A stretch of 64,000 nt of DNA, taken from assembly GCA_040954595.2 (NCBI GenBank), contig CM082579.2:14856550-14920549 (forward strand), given 5' to 3'. Source of the DNA: Balanoglossus misakiensis. Taxonomy: Eukaryota > Animalia > Hemichordata. Below are positions 61,380 to 64,000 of the stretch, piece after piece (within the stretch, counting starts at the first letter, position 1; each line of letters starts with the position of its first letter). Below the pieces are notes generated by a model. The model was not told where the DNA came from. It saw nothing but the letters and a program-made list of their open reading frames with translations, and made no database searches. Both the position numbers and the translations under genes were made by a program.

Positions 61380-61558
61380 TATCAAAGCCACACCCACCAA
61401 AACCTTTCCAGTTCTTGCCATATGATATCTGAACCTGTGTACTAAATTTGGTTGAAAGCGGTTCAGCGGTTCTTGAGATATCGGGTATACAGACAGACAC
61501 ACACATACACAGACATCGCTAAACTATAAGCTCACGTGATTTTCAGGTGAGCTAAAAA
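61380..61558 (-). mobile_element. HINE/pearl-like element end (reverse orientation)
   Basis: CTAAATTTGGTTGAAAGCGGTTCAGCGGTTCTTGAGATATC, an (ACAG)/(AC) microsatellite, hairpin AGCTCAC...GTGAGCT, then AAAAA. Confidence 0.7.
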
Positions 61559-61627
61559 TTGGGTTACCCCTAGGAATATTCCTACCATATTTCAAAGCCA
61601 TCAAAAAAGCAGTTTCAAAGAAAAACA

Positions 61628-64000
61628 CATTTGTTCAAAAGTGGCAAAAACACAAATATGCAAACATCTCTATAATTGTACACCATCTTACTTCAATCAC
61701 TACAAAGAACATTCCTGCCAAAATTCAAAGCAATCTGACAAGGGTTTGAACGGTTTAACAGAAAACAGTTTTTGACAAAGATTGCAAAAAATATCCCCAA
61801 TAACACAAGCACGCAGTTTTAACCATTTTTATGACATCTTCCTTGGGTTACCCCTGGGAATCTGCCTACCAAATTGCAAAGCATTCTGACCATAATTGGC
61901 AAAATTGCTCAAAATTATAAATATGCCTATTTTACAACAATCTGAACAAAAAATATGGTAACTCGGACCACCCATAGGAAGCTTCATACTAAATTTCGAA
62001 GGAGTCGGACTATCGCTTTCAGAAGTGAAGATTTTTTTTTACCAATAATGTGGAAAAAGACAAAAAAAATTAATAAACATTAGAAAATTCATAATATTAG
62101 CTCACAACATACAGGACTGTATGGGGTTCATTGACATACCAATCTGACCAGTGGTTGTCAAGTTTCTGACTTTTGACCAATTTCACATTTACACAGGTAA
62201 TATTTTGGCAATGACAATTTCATTTGAACAAAATCCCATCTACAGCCCCGCCTGCATCTACACACTAAATATGGAAGTGATATGCCCAGCGGTTTTCATC
62301 CATTCACTCATACATACAAATGCAACTGATTCCATAAGGTCCCAATCGTATATATGTACATAAACCAAATGGGACCTAAAAATTGCTCCAAAATTATAAA
62401 TACGCAATTTTTGGCAACAATTTAAACAAAACTATGGTTGGTAACTCAGATCACCTATGAAGCTTCATAATAAATTTCAAACAAGTCAGCTGATCAATTC
62501 CAGAAAAGTAGGTTTTTACCGACAATGTGGAAAGAGACAAAAAAAATGCTTAAAAATAGAAAATTCACATTATTAGCTCACAACATGTAGAATTGTGAGA
62601 GGATACCATAAGGTACATGCATACCAATTATCAATTTTGAAAGCAATTTGCCCAGTAGTTGTTGAGTTCCCAAGTTTTGACGAATTTGACACTTTCCCAG
62701 CTAATTTGCATATTTTGGCAATGACAACTTCACTTAGACAAACTCCCATCTACTGCCCTGTCTGCACATTAAATATCAAGGTGAAATGCCAGTAGTTTCC
62801 AAATGTTTGATGTTGATGGACATACAAACATCCATACATACAGGTGCAACTGATCCCGTAAGGTACCATGGTATAAATACATATACCAAATGGGACCTAA
62901 TAATTCTGATAAAATGCGTACATACGTACATACATACAAGTCAGCAATAAGGAGATAGTGGGCTGGCACTGAGTGTCTATTTATATTGCAAATTATAAAC
63001 ATGCAGCAAGTGTAAAAACCACATGTACCTTCAACGTCCTTGGACAACACATTTTTGTAACTTTCCCAGATCAATGGCTAATATTACTTGCCAAAGGCGA
63101 CTAGAATTTTGGGGGCCTGATGCAAGTCTGATACATGTACTTCATGATTTAGAGATATGATGAAAATCCTGTCAACCGAATTACAGGGAAATCAGATTTT
63201 CCATGTAAAATCATATCACCCAAAAGTGTCAAAAATAATTTTGAAACAAAAAGTCTACTCAAAATCATACCAAAATTTAAATGTTAATGCAGTACGTTAG
63301 GCAAGCAATTTGAGAATGAAGAAACTTACAAAATAATTTATAAATTGTAAATAATTTACAAATGCCGCACACAAACTTACAATTACTACCATATTACTGA
63401 ACATGTTAAAAGGACATTGTACCAGCAGAGACATTGTGATCGAGCAATCCCCAAGATATACATGACATGGTCTAATTACAAATATTGAATATGTAAAATA
63501 TGTACACAACACTTCCAGTCTTACAGTACAGTCAGCTGCTTGTGAACAATAGTCATGTAGCTATTTCATCAAATTTACAGCCCAAGTCTTGCCTATACAA
63601 TTCTCCCTACTTTAAACACGTTTTAAGCTACCCTAAATGAGTGATGAAAATCTCATACGGTCGATAATTTCAAGATGGCCGATTTTTGCCATGTTAAAGA
63701 AATGGGAGTTCATAAGCTAAAATGATGATGGGTCATTCTTGAACTTTTTAACAGAAAAAATAGCAAAAGTGAAAAAAAGTTTAATATGCTAACTACCGAG
63801 ACAGAAATGTTTGACCGAAGGAAGTCATGAAATACAGTAAACATATCATTTCTTCTATCTCTTACTACAGTTGGTTATGGACTTTCCGCCCAGAATGCAA
63901 TGAGATTTGACACCTAGCGCAAAGTGAAAAACCTATTTAAGGCAGCCAGAATTTTCTGCATAGTATGACGGAAACATTTGTAAAGTCATGGCTAGCATGG
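61628..64000 (+). repeat. Old local direct duplication, copy 2 (runs off the right edge)
   Basis: Collinear with 53435-57490 but lacks the Harbinger insertion. The ORF track shows paralogous translations at 56048..56239 and 63297..63512. Confidence 0.85.

Overview
AT-rich, intron-bearing animal DNA, probably from a marine invertebrate (inferred from the repeat repertoire). There is no prokaryotic content and no CRISPR array. In order, the window holds: (1) a 10.7-kb A/T-tract satellite of 76-78-bp monomers with higher-order duplications, ending in a Helitron-like hairpin+CTAG; (2) a decayed, doubly truncated APE-RT non-LTR retrotransposon (RTEX-like) on the minus strand; (3) 13 plus-strand exons (21374-33391) encoding C-type lectin, 3 CUB, 4 CCP/sushi and 2 calcium-binding EGF modules in the order of the Uninflatable (Uif) family. 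This copy has an in-frame stop, a lost donor, missing exons and no visible start or end, so it is probably a pseudogenised partial duplicate; (4) a 10.7-kb 90/74-bp satellite whose long ORFs are artefacts; (5) a 19-kb mosaic of Helentron-associated elements, MITEs, an L2 fragment, minisatellites and an old local duplication. The best candidates for follow-up are a 617-bp CACAGT...ACTGTG element between GGGGG direct repeats (Transib/RAG-like termini), the satellite/Helitron junction, an unclassified three-array element, and a palindromic MITE whose interior is flipped between two copies. Family assignments come from recalled family features, not database searches. No intact novel protein-coding system is supported.
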